Assembly (NCBI RefSeq): GCF_009914755.1
Contig: NC_060928.1
Source: the human T2T-CHM13v2.0 reference genome, Homo sapiens
Direction: 5' to 3' (one strand)
Length of the DNA stretch: 64,000 bases
The position numbers and the translations under genes are program-made. Below are positions 61,908-64,000 of this stretch, piece by piece. Under the pieces are notes generated by a model. The model did no database searches. It worked only from the letters and a program-made list of their open reading frames with translations, and was not told the origin of the DNA. The stretch's first letter is position 1. Each line of letters starts with the position of its first letter.

Positions 61908-62021
61908 GGACAGCTGTGGAGGGGGAGGCCCGTGTCTGCTGTCTGTCATTCCCGTGGGGCTGGGACAGCTGTGGAGGCGGAGGCCCGTGCCTGCCGTCTG
62001 TCATTCCCGTGGGGCTGGGAC
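61908..62021. repeat. 55-bp tandem duplication
   Basis: Units 61908-61962 and 61963-62017 with 3 mismatches. Confidence 0.97.
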
Positions 62022-62484
62022 CTGGGGGCTGGGGGTGGGAGGGAACTGGGAGAGGTCTCCTTTCAGGTTTGTCAAAGTGGAGGGGCCCTGAAGCCTCTGG
62101 GTCCAACCTCCTGAAGGAATGCCAGTGCCCCAGGGCCAGAGCAGGGTGGTGTGTGGTGTCGGGGAGAGATGGGCTGACCACCATCTGCCAGAGTTGCAGG
62201 AGTGCAGGGACGGGGCTGTGGTCTCTACTCGCCTGGGTCCCAGGCAGGGGTCCAAGATGGTGGAGCCCATTCTCCAAATGAGGAAGCCAAAATGGAGTGT
62301 TTCTTCCAGAGGGGGGAACCAGGCCATTTTTCTTCATCTCCAAGGCTGACAGCTTGGAATGTCCTCTGGGCACAGAGCTCTGGCGGTGGAGGAGACCAGC
62401 TTCCTGGGACAAATGCCTGCTCTCCACGCCCGGGAGGAGAGGGGGCAGGGTGGTGCGTCAGACCCAGGCCCTGTGGCTGGCAGG

Positions 62485-62650
62485 GGTAATGCTTCTCGAT
62501 GTGGCCCAAGGAGTACAGATTCCAGGGTCCCACCTCTGAGTCAAATGCAGTTGATTCTCTGGAGGCATGGCCTGGGAATCTGCATCCTAGCAACTGCAGG
62601 AGTCCAGGTGCATACCTGTCCGAGGGCCCCTGTGGCTTCAGTGCTCACTG
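62485..62650. mobile_element. MER5-like DNA transposon fragment
   Basis: cagattccagggtcccac...ttctctggaggcatggcctgggaatctgcat. Confidence 0.6.
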
Positions 62651-62842
62651 CCATGCACAGGTACATGAACCAATACCAAGCTGCCACATGCAGAAAGTGC
62701 CCAGGGCCATCAGATGCAGGTGGAGTGCTGCCTACCAGAGTGGCAGACATGGTCCTGAGGATGGGCAGTGGCCACGGCGGGGGGCGGGGGGAATCATGGG
62801 CAGAGAGGACTCTCCTAGGCAGAGGAAAGGCCAGGAGCTCAG

Positions 62843-63012
62843 GTCCAGAGGTGGGTGCTGGGTAGAGAGTCAGGTGGGGGCTGGGTGGAGGGTCAGGAGG
62901 GGGCGGGGTGGAGGGTCAGGTGGGGCCGGGTGGAGGGTCAGGTGGTGGCTGGGTGGAGGGTCAGGTGGTGGCTGGGTGGAGGGTCAGGTGGGGGCTGGGT
63001 GGAGGGTGGGGG
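62843..63012 (+). repeat. ~23-bp G-rich minisatellite (GGGTGGAGGGTCAGGTGGGGGCT), ~6-7 copies
   Basis: Repeated gggtggagggtcaggtgg units. Confidence 0.92.
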
Positions 63013-63489
63013 GGTATGGACCGTTAAGTGGGGGCAGGTGAAGCCTGGGGTTAGTCCATTGGTGCAACTGGCTTCTCTTGCAGGAACTGGGGGAGAAGAG
63101 GGTTCCTGAAAGGAAGGTGCAGGTGAGAGATGGGCTCTGGGGTGTGGCCACAGCAGAGCCCATGGTGAGGGGCCCGTGGGAGGGTCTCCCTGGTCTTGCT
63201 GCAACTCCAGTCTGGCTTAGCTGACTCTGCAGATGACCCTGCCCCTTGGGCCCACAGATAAACTCGTCCCTGGGCCTCTGGATTCCAGCCGCAAAGGGCG
63301 TCCTTCTGGGTCTGGCTGGGTGGGGAGGAGTGTGCAGGGTGGGCAGAGCCAGGGGTGGGCTCAGAGTCCTGGTTCCAGGCTCAGCACCCCTTCCTGGGTC
63401 ACCATTCCCTTTGTCCAGGCTGCTCATCCCCCAAAGCCCAGGCCTACTGGCTGAAAGTTCCAGAATTAGAGTCACCTTGCATGGGTCAG

Positions 63490-63850
63490 TTCTATCCACA
63501 GGAAAGCTGCGTAACAAACCATCCAGCACAATGGCTTGCAGCAGAAAGTGTTTCTTTCTTGCTCTTGAGTCTGTGAGCTGGCAGGGGCTAGGCAGGGCTC
63601 CAGGCGGAGGGTTCTCCTCTGCTCTGTGCTTCGTCCCTGCTGCTGGGAGCAGGGGACCAGCCAGTCATGCCCTTTTCATGGTGGAGGCTGGGCACTTGTA
63701 GAGGGACTGGCAGAGGCAGGAGATGCTTGTGGTGTGGGCCCAGAATACTCACGCTGGCAACCCTCCGGCCCTACTGCCAAGACAGCTTCCCAGTGGTGCT
63801 GTGGGGGCCGGGGGTGACCTTTGCTGAGTGGTCATCTTACATTCCGCCTC
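63490..63850 (-). mobile_element. Old MLT1 (G-K-like) LTR
   Basis: gctgcgtaacaaaccatcc...atggctt...ttcttgctcttgagtctgtg...tcatgcccttttcatggtgg. Confidence 0.6.
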
Positions 63851-64000
63851 CTTGCTTTATGAAGCACCCCTGGTTCCCCGGACCGTGCAGGCACCCACTT
63901 CGAGTCCTGTGCCCATCCCCTGTAATCCTACCCTGCTGTCTGCCAGCTCAGGACTGGAGGCTCCCCAAGGTCGGGGCTGCCTGGAATCACTGCTGCCCTG

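Overview
Primate (most likely human or great ape) GC-rich non-coding DNA. The evidence is AluY/AluS/AluJ copies with target-site duplications (TSDs), MaLR and ERV LTRs (THE1, MSTA, MLT1, MLT2, MER51-like), old L1/L2/MIR fragments, MER58A/MER91A/MER5 DNA-transposon relics and many simple repeats and VNTRs. I recognise no protein-coding exon, tRNA, rRNA or known ncRNA. The long ORFs are GC-content or repeat artefacts; the only protein homology I see is decayed L1 ORF2p. I cannot name the locus, and I cannot tell intergenic from intronic. I found no new multi-gene system. The most notable signals are: (1) an apparent fossil template-switch event, with a perfect 13-bp fold-back hairpin fused to a ~60-bp copy of sequence 1.7 kb upstream, inside an MLT1C LTR; (2) a 17-bp VNTR grown inside a MER91A; (3) strand-biased repeat arrays rich in RNA-processing motifs; (4) AT-rich non-repeat islands with FOX/GATA/AP-1 or MEIS/PBX-HOX motifs that look like enhancers. 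Repeat subfamilies come from remembered consensus sequences, not RepeatMasker. Boundaries without TSDs are approximate.
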